From assembly GCA_002712285.1 (NCBI GenBank), contig PATC01000014.1, forward strand, positions 10,402 through 66,768: a stretch of 56,367 nt of DNA, in the 5' to 3' direction. This stretch comes from Methanobacteriota archaeon. GTDB taxonomy: Archaea > Thermoplasmatota > Poseidoniia > Poseidoniales > Thalassarchaeaceae. How positions within the stretch are numbered: the stretch's first letter is position 1; the number at the start of each line of letters is the position of its first letter. The translations under genes and the position numbers were made by a program. Positions 18,401-26,100 of the stretch are shown here, in pieces. Below the pieces are notes generated by a model. That model saw only the letters and a program-made list of their open reading frames with translations. It was not told where the DNA came from and ran no database searches.

Positions 18401-20157
18401 ATCTTCGTGGTCGAACTACATTGGATGTTGATGATCAGATTGTTTACACGAGTGAAGTTAACCCAGTTACGGGCGAGGTTGTCGAAAAGCCGATGACTGT
18501 CACAGGTCGTTTGACTGATGAACTTGGAGGAAACTTGTCCAACCGTGATATTCAGATTAGTTATCAGATGACTGGATCAGCAGCCGATGTACCACAATGT
18601 GAAGCTGGACGTACAGATCAAGAAGGGTACTTTGAGATTGATTGCCCATTGAATGGTGTTTTCGCAGGTCAAGCGCAGGTTACTGTTCGATATAATGCGG
18701 ATTTGAACAATGACGGCTATCGTTTCAAGGATGCTACCGTAATCAAGAATTTCGCAGTTTTCTCAAACAGCACTCTGAATATCGAAGAGGTTGGACCATT
18801 CCTTACTGATGTTGACCGGTATGTCTTCGCTGGTAATGGGACCAGTATTCCAGTTCTCTATCTCAAGGAACCATTCCATGTCCATGCCGCACTCTCCCAG
18901 AGTAATGGGAATATGCTTGGTGGACGTTGTCTGAATATCTATCTCAGTCCTGAAATCAACCCACGACCAATCGCATCTGCAGTTACAGATGATGCAGATG
19001 GCCGTATTGAGTGGTATTCAGGAGATCCTGAACAGAACCCAAGTCGTCGAGGTGTTGAACCGATCGGCGGACAAGGTCTCGAAGGATTCCGTACTCTTCG
19101 TGTTGCATACGAGCCTAAGATGGAAGTCAGTGGAGGCTGTGGACAGGAAGCAAACGCTGTAGTCAATGGTTCACACATGGACATCACGGTACTCGTACGC
19201 AGCCGTGTTGACATCATCCTGAAGGATACTTGGTCTAAGGCGGACGGGTACCAACCAGATGAATGGGTAAACGGTACTGTTCAAGTCATGCGTGATCGGC
19301 TCGATGTACCGGTTTCTGGTGAACAAGTAATGTTCATTCGCGAGTACTGGAATGGTACTGATTGGGTGCTTGAGAACATCGATTACCAGACAACACTCGA
19401 CAATGGAGAAGCCTCCTTCGCTTGGCAGTACACTGCTGAGGATGTAGCCGGTAGTGACGAAACTGCAGTGGGTGGTAAGTGGCGTATACTTGTGCAGTTC
19501 AGGGATTCCCCTCTCTTTGAGCAGACATTCCTCAATAATACACCAGAGATTGTCCTTGGAGATGAGCCAATGGCTGAACAGACAAGTGGTTTGTTCACTG
19601 CCCAGGTCATGCTTCCACTACTGATTGCCCTACTTCTTGCAGCAGTGATTGGTGCTGTGATGTACCGTAACTATCAGGAACGTCGGCGAATTGAGATTCT
19701 CCGAGGAATCCTGACAGATTCTCTAATGTCATTACGTGCCTCTAACGAGTATATTCAAGCAATTTTCGATTGTTGGAAGCAACTAGTTTCGTTCTTCCGA
19801 AGTAAGGGTGCGATGAAGAAGGTCTACGAAACCACACGTGAGTTTGAGGACGCAGTTAATCGTATGCTTGGAGGTATTACACCACCTCACGAGTTGGATG
19901 CATTCCTCAGCCTCTTCGAGGAAGCACGTTATTCTGATCACGAAATCGGTGCAGCTCAGCGCGACCGTGCAATCCAAACTTTGCAGGCAGTGGTGAATAG
20001 CCTCACTCTTGCACTCGGCGAGACTCAACTTGCGAGAGCTGTTGATGAAGGTAGTCGATACGAGAATCTGACTAAGGCCGGAGAATTCGTTGATGCAGAT
20101 GGTCAACTACGCCAAGCTGGTCTTGGTGAGGATGGCGCAGATAATTTCTCTCTGTGA
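12442..20157 (+). CDS. Giant cell-surface protein: TSP3-like DxDxDG Ca-binding repeats, beta-sandwich stalk, TM helix, cytoplasmic DUF4129-like domain
   Basis: Signal-like N-terminus and dozens of D-x-D-N/G-D-G-x-x-D motifs over about the first 1190 aa. Ig-like beta-rich middle, TM 'VMLPLLIALLLAAVIGAVMY', then 'ETTREFEDAV...ELDAFLSLFEEARYSDHEIG' typical of DUF4129. Confidence 0.85.
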   Translation: MEQMTLNQKMNQAKRQTSALTLVVLMIMSTTLALLPVTADDGDIDMGIFGPAGDRTPIQSANQGSPQQGSAPVPGALDQSRLNHPALRDPAWTDILAGTGKVGDISALQLRSEAYSFLLEETNLGDHDNDGIGDLDDLDDDNDGIYDLIERFDGCFGTDPLDHDNDGIVDEFDFDDDNDGILEGPIDYTQGADPLNVSTDRYVEPSTIHPWTLTAVGVGYMVDQNPLDRDNDGVNDEDPDGSGRESFDEDDDNDGRLDQFKWPCDFDYDGVQDYFDDDDDNDGVMDYMDRDPYNSSITQTMEAAAGASSSDELVYDEAVPWTFNNYALYSFSIDYVTLESQYHPNSPAFTSIVDGDLDGDGIPNFLDPDNDADDLPDSADTDDDNDGILDMFDPDDDNDGIKDVCLRIDTNGDGNIDYPGVTGALETPGIDCEIDYDRDLDDDRWRAIDQDYDLTPDWFDTDMGGLASPDNDLGPPAVNINDEPWDWDNDGLQNENDSFMNATVAQVGPNGWNCPTPTNKNPTNPAPECLTERKSYVGNNDWDGDGINNWYDYDDDNDGLPDFLDIDWNCDLDDDNDLHLINGSRFLDDGPNSIDSDIDGDGLSNDEDWDDDNDGINDLYDPDDGNCGVLDIDATDDFSQPYFPVSDGADIDGSLDGQLYNTNMSDFWNMSHTTNPFTLANGFVVPYNGYNPTTNPITNGAVPEFYWYYISRWSPWNGDNHWDIDSDGDSLVNGLDVDQDGDGLPDGWDQDEGNDGVLDIDDFRMGGTVNAEDTCGWTTVAGYTCGYEYAFNYMLPLDQGTNFQYSKAYSIRPDSGYTDGQYDGANSNGNWDCFEVSCWHFEFNGQVTAAVTYDQIANNRDLMIAWLGLGQGLFNWNADINGNFFPDEYADLLNDSVDPDDDCGAPNAGTPNPQCMFNDTADLDDDFDGIYDHWDVDDDNDGIWDFFEIDTNDDLDDDANTLPPGNFFTGTNCFDNDDDGTDTDPDEDGFFQAVWDKGVLGQGLIFPEYYDVDNDNDGIVDTEDPDDDNNGVLDVVQELTCFIGEEQHPFDHDNDGIPDGKGETDWDMDGISNTVELANQTPWISPWDHDNDGIRDDLDLDDDSDGMHDEDEILLWPQRYNNESTNPWDHDDFGGGLGIANPSDPSTGPDVIDNDDDNDSRIDVDWDQIEDNELSSDWDSDNDGVLDEDDKIPTRVNMSIPGTMWMDGKKAAIFSGSVSWLDPALNQFVPAPNLPVQVTIEWAGNGTEAVQTIDVLSSQFGGFTVGQFLLPEDLDVGPNTTYNAYAEVTEMFIHDGSTSEMYPLEIRANTTFDYVAPEYLRSGENPLYLDFKTHYSADWDRGIFNNRIKYAPVAFDVSGGPFGDRQNPSTFDGAGQGFRADSGGYVSLTFVQNQGAQGEWKQVRYNASLNNGPGTIPGGYEEIIWNGFLNDHDVVGTYVYTNTTLPKGNYEFNGEVNMSYAGPNEWPFPWLEGDETDAFVIKSVERMFIGSRIIVPSHNPVFFWDSQQFTGAYFGAWRPMFSEAGLVNAGYDTDMNNQISPSEFAAVSSGRQYAVLWNDNPADLPLGDASANIDSPLRDFVTTNSTHWFVSMVNGADSNVPPCGPVDPLDQNSPVRCEIVPEMNTGETFGTVGDVKNRTLVPWTDGATVLQVDLDQDSVFAGSRESVNPKYPALSGGLAVMDFNWTWRTEYQALTYGVKVDFVDSNFFFTGNQTYTLSPTGAHVNVSVVGTTDFQLNTVPVLYRGMNTTLEARLIDNSLQPVPFQPVNWTWSANGTSGLAQTDVNGVFKIPLNISKSHDLGNFSMTFGFPGTQRLKSSSVTQALWVVSRTFINLEATTSGERSSGDVWSVSAQVTDDNRTPSIRDLGQALDGIGENGGRVLLIFEGTDFDNRQHRRIITELTPNAGSVYHEMLLNPQLLKDDPESFLPDGFGPVNVILRFEENLPHEGCVALEEWMLSMQGAWDPCTSIPNNEHFRRELQYNVDGFYLRGRTTLDVDDQIVYTSEVNPVTGEVVEKPMTVTGRLTDELGGNLSNRDIQISYQMTGSAADVPQCEAGRTDQEGYFEIDCPLNGVFAGQAQVTVRYNADLNNDGYRFKDATVIKNFAVFSNSTLNIEEVGPFLTDVDRYVFAGNGTSIPVLYLKEPFHVHAALSQSNGNMLGGRCLNIYLSPEINPRPIASAVTDDADGRIEWYSGDPEQNPSRRGVEPIGGQGLEGFRTLRVAYEPKMEVSGGCGQEANAVVNGSHMDITVLVRSRVDIILKDTWSKADGYQPDEWVNGTVQVMRDRLDVPVSGEQVMFIREYWNGTDWVLENIDYQTTLDNGEASFAWQYTAEDVAGSDETAVGGKWRILVQFRDSPLFEQTFLNNTPEIVLGDEPMAEQTSGLFTAQVMLPLLIALLLAAVIGAVMYRNYQERRRIEILRGILTDSLMSLRASNEYIQAIFDCWKQLVSFFRSKGAMKKVYETTREFEDAVNRMLGGITPPHELDAFLSLFEEARYSDHEIGAAQRDRAIQTLQAVVNSLTLALGETQLARAVDEGSRYENLTKAGEFVDADGQLRQAGLGEDGADNFSL

Positions 20158-20203
20158 TTTCTCATTGACTAGAAGGAATGGGCCCACTGGGTTAGCGATA
20201 GCG

Positions 20204-20224
20204 TTCGTGACCTATGGTCACGAA
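20204..20224. promoter_or_regulatory. Perfect palindrome, putative operator
   Basis: ttcgtgacc-tat-ggtcacgaa (9-bp arms) immediately before an AT-rich stretch and 40 nt upstream of a small ORF. Confidence 0.4.
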
Positions 20225-20263
20225 AATTAACATTCTTTAGATCTTAATGGCGGTGTTGGTGGC

Positions 20264-20416
20264 ATGATTGTCACTTCTTCATACGGCACGGATGCTATCA
20301 TCCAGGTCTTCGGCATGATGGTCCTCGGTGGAGTTGGAGCTGCAGCATGGCTCTACTTCGATGAGATGGTCCTCTCTGCAGAAGATGCGGGGAAAGCCCG
20401 CGAAGCATCCGAATGA
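20264..20416 (+). CDS. 50-aa single-TM small protein (below the ORF-track cut-off)
   Basis: Translates as MIVTSSYGTDAIIQVFGMMVLGGVGAAAWLYFDEMVLSAEDAGKAREASE. Has a clear TM helix with a charged tail, C-ending codon bias (ATC, GTC, TTC, CTC, TAC) and GGTGG just upstream. Confidence 0.65.
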   Translation: MIVTSSYGTDAIIQVFGMMVLGGVGAAAWLYFDEMVLSAEDAGKAREASE

Positions 20417-20469
20417 TACTTCACGACCTTCGTTATTGTGAGATTACTGTCCTTTGGACCCAATGACAT

Positions 20470-20570
20470 GAGGTGAGAGGCGGCCTCCTCGGCTGCTTCT
20501 CCCTCTATCCCTCGGGATGAGGGATTGGCTAGCGCCCTTCCTTCATCCCGGCCCTTATTCTTCTTTTATT
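20470..20570 (+). ncRNA. Candidate structured RNA: two long tandem hairpins followed by a pyrimidine-rich tract
   Basis: Hairpin 1 spans 20470-20505 (gagg-t-gagaggcggcc / ggctgcttctc-cctc, 15 bp with 2 GU pairs and one bulge). Hairpin 2 spans 20513-20550 (cgggatgaggga / tccttcatcccg plus an inner ggc/gcc). These are followed by ttattcttctttt. GU pairs favour the + strand. Confidence 0.4.
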
Positions 20571-20610
20571 CTCCGAATAAGTCATTTGACATCTATTCAC
20601 CCTTGCATCT

Positions 20611-20943
20611 ATGGGACGCTGGATCTATCTTAGCCTCGCAATCGTATCGGAGGTCACAGCTACCGCTTCTCTGAAGGCTACAGAAGGATTCAGTAATCTC
20701 ATTCCTTCCGTGATTGTAATCATTGGCTATTGTTCAGCTTTCTACTTCATGTCCCTTACTTTAGACACAATTCCTGTAGGGGTAGTTTACGCTATTTGGT
20801 CCGGTGCTGGCATAGTAGGAATTGCCATAGTGTCATACATTGTGTATGGACAAAGATTAGATCCTGGGGCGCTCATTGGGATGGGGTTGATTATTGCAGG
20901 AATTCTCGTGATGCGACTATTCAGTGACGCATCTTTTGAGTGA
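20611..20943 (+). CDS. SMR-family (EmrE/QacE-type) small multidrug transporter
   Basis: 110 aa with 4 TM; 'WIYLSLAIVSEVTATASLKATEGF' carries the conserved membrane Glu; also 'PVGVVYAIWSGAG'. Confidence 0.92.
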   Translation: MGRWIYLSLAIVSEVTATASLKATEGFSNLIPSVIVIIGYCSAFYFMSLTLDTIPVGVVYAIWSGAGIVGIAIVSYIVYGQRLDPGALIGMGLIIAGILVMRLFSDASFE

Positions 20944-20945
20944 AT

Positions 20946-21386
20946 TCAAATCATGTTACCCTTAGCATCAAGGACCTCAACAGTGAGGCCTGCTTCATCT
21001 ACTTGAGAAGTAATCTCGTTGTGTAGAGAGTCGCTGAACTCATCTAGGCTTGCGAGAATCGATCCGGAGTTTGGATCGACCAAGTCATCGATAAGGTGAT
21101 TCAAGACGCAAGACACACCATAGGACTGTCCTGTACGGAAAGCATGGTCTAGGTCCCCAGGTTCTGCTCCTTCTGCCTTTGCTCGAAGGGTAACTGCCTG
21201 GACATAAGCCGAAAGTGCGCCATATAGAGACGTCATTGCCGCAGACACTTCTTCTGATGAACCAAGAAGTGCTTGTACTTCGGCCATTGCTGCGTCTTCA
21301 CATTGTTTCAGTAGTCGATGAGTTGCCACTACATCGGTAGTATCGCCAGTCATCGCCTCGGTCATCAGGTCCATCCAGTTGCTCAT
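20946..21386 (-). CDS. Hypothetical acidic all-helical protein
   Basis: Open frame with biased codon use; likely start MSNWMDL (21386); no family recognised. Confidence 0.7.
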   Translation of the reverse strand: MSNWMDLMTEAMTGDTTDVVATHRLLKQCEDAAMAEVQALLGSSEEVSAAMTSLYGALSAYVQAVTLRAKAEGAEPGDLDHAFRTGQSYGVSCVLNHLIDDLVDPNSGSILASLDEFSDSLHNEITSQVDEAGLTVEVLDAKGNMI

Positions 21387-21527
21387 GATGCGCACAGAGA
21401 GGGCTGGACGAATGAATCATTCCCCCCTTTTTGCATCACATCCCTCGTCGCTGTCTCCCATTTTCGCTCAAAGGGTTCATATCGGAAGGGTCGGTCGCCC
21501 GAATCCCCAATACATCGAGGGAGTCAC

Positions 21528-21893
21528 ATGGCAAGACAGAACACGAAGACCAATGAGGGCCTGGTGGAGCTCATCTCCGACCTTAAGGCTCAGACTCGGT
21601 CCACTGGTGCTGCACTGTGGCGAGATGTTGCGAATCGACTTGAGAAGAGTCGAAAGAACTGGGCCGAGCCCAATCTTAGCCGTTTGGAGCGGCACATGCC
21701 TGAGGACGCGACAGTTCTCGTGCCTGGCAAGCTCCTTGGTAGTGGATTGGTTTCCGGCAAACGCACCGTCGCCGCCTACAGTGTGAGTAGTGGTGCTCGA
21801 GTTAAGATTGAACAGGCAGGCGGACGCGTGATTACGATCCGTGAGCTGATGAACGAGAATCCGAAGGGAACGGGGGTGCAGATACTTGGCTGA
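21528..21893 (+). CDS. rpl18e: 50S ribosomal protein L18e (eL18)
   Basis: 'KTNEGLVELISDLK...LWRDVANRLEKSRKNWAEPNLSRL...VLVPGKLLGSG'; first gene of the conserved L18e-L13-S9-RpoN operon. True start is ATG 21528, not the track's 21318. Confidence 0.96.
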   Translation: MARQNTKTNEGLVELISDLKAQTRSTGAALWRDVANRLEKSRKNWAEPNLSRLERHMPEDATVLVPGKLLGSGLVSGKRTVAAYSVSSGARVKIEQAGGRVITIRELMNENPKGTGVQILG

Positions 21894-22368
21894 GACAACC
21901 TATGTCTACGATGCATCTGACAAGGTGCTGGGCCGTCTGGCTAGTCATGTTGCAAACCAACTACTCTCTACTGCAAAAGCAGGTGACGGTGCGCGCGTTA
22001 TTATTGTCAATGCTGAGAAGGCTGTTGTGAGCGGTAAGAAAACGGAAGTATTCCGAGATTACAAATCTAAGCGTGAACTCAATCATCCACGTAAGGGTCC
22101 ATTTTTCCCACGTATGCCTGACAAGATTCTCAAGCGAACGGTCCGAGGTATGCTACCTTACCAGAAATCTCGTTCAGGCCGTATTGCTCTGCGCAATCTT
22201 CGCGTAGAAATTGGCACACCCACTAACCTCAAAGGTGACCTTCCTGACGGACATGAGTGGGGCGACACTTCGAAGTTCGATCGTGGTCTTCCGAACAGTT
22301 TCGTTCGATTGGAAGAAATCTCAAAATCGCTTGGAGCAGATATTACTCGGTTCGGAGGTGAGGCATGA
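21886..22368 (+). CDS. rpl13: 50S ribosomal protein L13 (uL13)
   Basis: 'YDASDKVLGRLAS', 'IVNAEKAVVSG', 'GPFFPRMPDKILKRTVRGMLPY'. TTG start after SD GGGGGTG. Confidence 0.97.
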   Translation: MAETTYVYDASDKVLGRLASHVANQLLSTAKAGDGARVIIVNAEKAVVSGKKTEVFRDYKSKRELNHPRKGPFFPRMPDKILKRTVRGMLPYQKSRSGRIALRNLRVEIGTPTNLKGDLPDGHEWGDTSKFDRGLPNSFVRLEEISKSLGADITRFGGEA

Positions 22369-22808
22369 TGGCACGTCGTAGCAAGAAGAAGACCTCAGTC
22401 GAATCTAGTGGTAAGCGAAAGACAGCGATTGCTCGTGCCAGTGTCAAGAAAGGCAAGGGTCGCGTCCGAATTAATGGTAGTCCTATCGAAATCATGCAGC
22501 CTGAGATGGCTCGTATGAAAGCGATGGAACCACTTGCAATTGCTGATGCGATGAACCGTCTTGGAAAGGCTGATATCAATATCTCTGTTGAAGGAGGCGG
22601 AACCATGGGCCAAGTCGATGCAATTCGGACTGCGATTGCTCGCGGTCTTGTGTTTTGGAACGATGGTGCAGAGGGAGAAGACGACGAACTCCGCGATGAG
22701 TATCTACGCTTTGATCGCAGCCTACTCGTTAATGATCCTCGGCGCAAGGAGCCAAAACATCAGATGGGCCGTGGCGCTAGGAAAAAGAAACAAAAGTCTT
22801 ACAGGTGA
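22365..22808 (+). CDS. rps9: 30S ribosomal protein S9 (uS9)
   Basis: 'SGKRKTAIARA', 'VEGGGTMGQVDAIRTAIARGL', 'LLVNDPRRKEPK...GARKKKQKSYR'. Confidence 0.98.
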   Translation: MMARRSKKKTSVESSGKRKTAIARASVKKGKGRVRINGSPIEIMQPEMARMKAMEPLAIADAMNRLGKADINISVEGGGTMGQVDAIRTAIARGLVFWNDGAEGEDDELRDEYLRFDRSLLVNDPRRKEPKHQMGRGARKKKQKSYR

Positions 22809-22814
22809 TTCAAG

Positions 22815-23021
22815 ATGCTACTTCCAGTTCGATGTTTTAGTTGTGGTAAGGTGCTTGGTCACCTTTGGGATCAGTATGATGAACGACAGAAATCTGGCGA
22901 AGATGCTGGCGAAATCCTAACAGATCTCAAGATTGAGCGTTATTGCTGTCGCCGAATGTTTGTTTCCCACGTAGAATTGATTGATGATGTCGCACCTTTC
23001 AGTACTACGCGGGAGATTTGA
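22815..23021 (+). CDS. rpoN: DNA-directed RNA polymerase subunit N (Rpo10)
   Basis: 'MLLPVRCFSCGKV' and 'RYCCRRMFVSHV'. Confidence 0.98.
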   Translation: MLLPVRCFSCGKVLGHLWDQYDERQKSGEDAGEILTDLKIERYCCRRMFVSHVELIDDVAPFSTTREI

Positions 23022-23043
23022 TCCGAGCCCTGCTCGGGACCAC

Positions 23044-23121
23044 GGGTCCGTGGGTTAGCTTGGCCTATACTTGGCGGCTGGGGGCCGTCAGACCCCGGTT
23101 CAAATCCGGGCGGACCCACCA
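23044..23121 (+). tRNA. tRNA-Pro(GGG)
   Basis: Acceptor stem GGGTCCG/CGGACCC, anticodon arm GGCGG-CTGGGGG-CCGTC, T-loop GTTCAAATC, encoded CCA; canonical position after rpoN. Confidence 0.96.
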
Positions 23122-23179
23122 TCTTAGGATATGACGATTCAACGGCATGGATAAGAGAGATGCCATCTATCCTGCATAC

Positions 23180-26100
23180 ATGAGGCGACTCACTTCCCTT
23201 CTCATAGGCCTTCTTTTCCTAGGCTTATCTGCTGGTCCAATACTTAGTGTCACAGCATCTCAGAATATCACAAACAACACAATATGGTCCGGCTCCCATG
23301 TTGTTGATCAAGCAGTTACCGTGGCCCAAGGTGCGACATTAACGATTGCTGCAGGCGCAGATATTGACATCAGCGAAGATATCGCAATCATAATCCAGGG
23401 AAATTTAGTCATTGAAGGGACAGAAGGCAACCCATCCGAAATCTATGGAACCTTTCGTTATCCAACTAGTGATCGTCCTGTGTGGCAAGGTTTCCGAATT
23501 GATCCAAGTGGTTCTGCAATAGTTGGACAATCTGTTATTACACATTCGCGTGGAGGGTTCGATGTAGCAGGTGATTTGTCAATATCTTCAGGAATGAATC
23601 CCCTTGTTGAAGGTGCTCAGATTGGCTATCGAATCGATGGAGGTACAATTTCAGTCCCCACAGATTCGAGTTTACGTTGTTCAGATTCAGCAATTGCGTG
23701 TTTGAGCCTGACATCAACTTCGCTTGAAGTTCCCCTTGTTGAAGCAGTAAATTCTTCTGCGATTGTATTGTTAAATTCTGGAGGTGATCTCACCGCTTCG
23801 GAACTCATCGGAGATGATATTGGCATAGGAATTCAGATTCATGATGGTGCAAATCTGTCAGTGACTCATCTCAATCTGACTGATGCAAATGTAGGCGTAT
23901 CACAGAACGGAGTTGCCGATACATGGATTGGTTCAATTCATCTAACTGGTGAGAATGGCATTGTCGTAGATTGGTCGTCATCTTCAGATGCTATCATTGA
24001 CAATATTACAACGACTCCTGGAGCAACAGTTCGAGAAACAATTCATGCAGAGGGCGTCATCGATGGTTATGTCGCCAATGTAACAGTTGTAGGATCGGGA
24101 ACGCATCCTGCTCTCTATCTCGGTGTAGATGGTACAATCAACATTCAATCATTTTCAGGAATTGGATTTGCGGAAGGAGTGTTATTACGTGGGTCGGGAA
24201 CGGCTAATCTCGATGAAATAGATATTTCAGTTTCGAATCAATTAATCGATACCATAGGTGCTGCAACACTTCATCTAAGTAATTCTGATTGGATTACGAC
24301 AGGAAAGTTTGGAACCCTAGCTAGTGCATCATCAATTTTGAATGGAGTAAATATGACAGGTAACTCTGCCGTTGAGGAAGGTTTGGAACTCATCACAGGA
24401 AATCACCATCTAGATGAGGTATATCTCGAACGACCATACACTGCATCAGACCGTGTTTCTACAGGTCTTCGTTGCATATGGTCGGAAGTTCAACTTACAT
24501 CTGTTCATTTGGTTGGTTGGTACCATGGAGCAATTCTCGAACAGGATGGACATGTTAGTGCACAGGATTTCAATATTTCAGGAGGAGGTCGGGATGGAGG
24601 CAATTCAGTGATGATTGATGGTGGCTCACTCCAAGCGACTTCACTTCATACAGAAGATGCAGATCATGGAATTGAAATCTTGAATGGTTCACCACTTTGG
24701 GATGCAGGGCCATCTATCCATATCGATCAATGGACGGCAGCTAATCACCGTGACATTACTCTGTTGATGTCAGATGAGACTGCTGTTACGGTACGAAACC
24801 TTCCAACTTTCCAGACAACCGCTTCCTACGATGCATTTGGTGATGGTCTTCTTCTTTGGGGAGGTTCGAGTTCAGGTCGTATTTCTGTATCGGAATCCTA
24901 CCATCTGATTGAACACGGCCTCATTGTCCAAGATTTGGGTGGTCAGCCAGTGGTTGATGCAGATGTAGACAGTCTTGGATTCAATACAACATCTGCTGCT
25001 GATGGCTCAGTCACACTTCCTATTCTCGAAACTGGCTATACGTCAGTGACGGCGACTAGTGGAGGGATTGGAACAACAAAAATGACAGATTCTAGCTCTA
25101 GTATTATTCAGATCCCCCTCTTACCAACTAGTGGAGATTGGAGAATAACTTCGGGCAATACAGCAGTTCTTCAGGATGGTGATTTCTCCATACCTGGAGA
25201 CCTAATCATTGAGTCTGGAGCGGCCCTACATCTAGTCAGAGCTACTTTGACATTAGAACAGGATGCATTCTACACTTCTGAGGGAGGAGAACTCTTCGGA
25301 GATTCTGGTTTGATAACTGGAGGGACTGGTAGTCATGGTTCTGTATTATCTCCTCTTGCATACAGCGGCGATCTCACTGTTGACCAATCTGTTGAAGTGA
25401 ATTGTACTGAGAACGCAACAGCCGATGGCCACTTCCTTTCCGAGCTTACAATCGGACCTGACTGCACTCTTACAATTCATGGTTCGGTTAATGGAACTGT
25501 GATTTTGTCTACAGGTTCGAGTGTTCTTGTGGAATCATCGATTCAAGTAAGAATTCTTGATCGAGGCTTTCCTGTTGAAGGAGCGACAGTGATTGTAGGC
25601 GCTCTTCAGATGAATACCCTGAGTGATGGAATAGCCGAAGGTAGCGTAGTATCTGCAAGGTATGAGGAAACTGAGAATGTTATTACAGGGACTGTAACAA
25701 TCGTTGTTAGACAACAAGGAATTGAATCTCTACGATCTTGGGATACATCTGTACCATTCAATGAAGATATTAGCGTTTCAACTCTTGATTCTGGAACTCT
25801 CACAGGATGGACTCGTATCGAACCTCAGTTTTCACCAGTTCACCTTCTTGGAGACCTAATCATTCCTCCAGGTGTAACGTTGCAGATTTTACCTCAAGCC
25901 TCCCTTCGAATCGGGGCTTCGATGACCGTAGATGTCCAAGGTAATCTAGATGCTGAAGATGCAACTATAACGGGATATGACTGGCTATCTCTACATATTT
26001 CAGGTGATGCAATAGTCCGTGGAACGCAGATTACCGGCGGCCCAATTGATGTAGCATCTGATGGCGAATTAACAGTCATTGATTCGGTACTGAACGGAGC

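Noticed and set aside
20417-20610. Known guanidine riboswitch (ykkC, mini-ykkC, ykkC-III) ahead of the SMR gene
   Set aside because: No paired ACGR tetraloops or other class motifs were found, and the protein looks EmrE/Qac-type rather than Gdx. Kept only as an unknown structure.
21318-21527. 70-aa N-terminal extension on rpl18e in the ORF track
   Set aside because: It overlaps the opposite-strand gene; homology begins at MARQ (21528), which has its own upstream GAGG-type SD.
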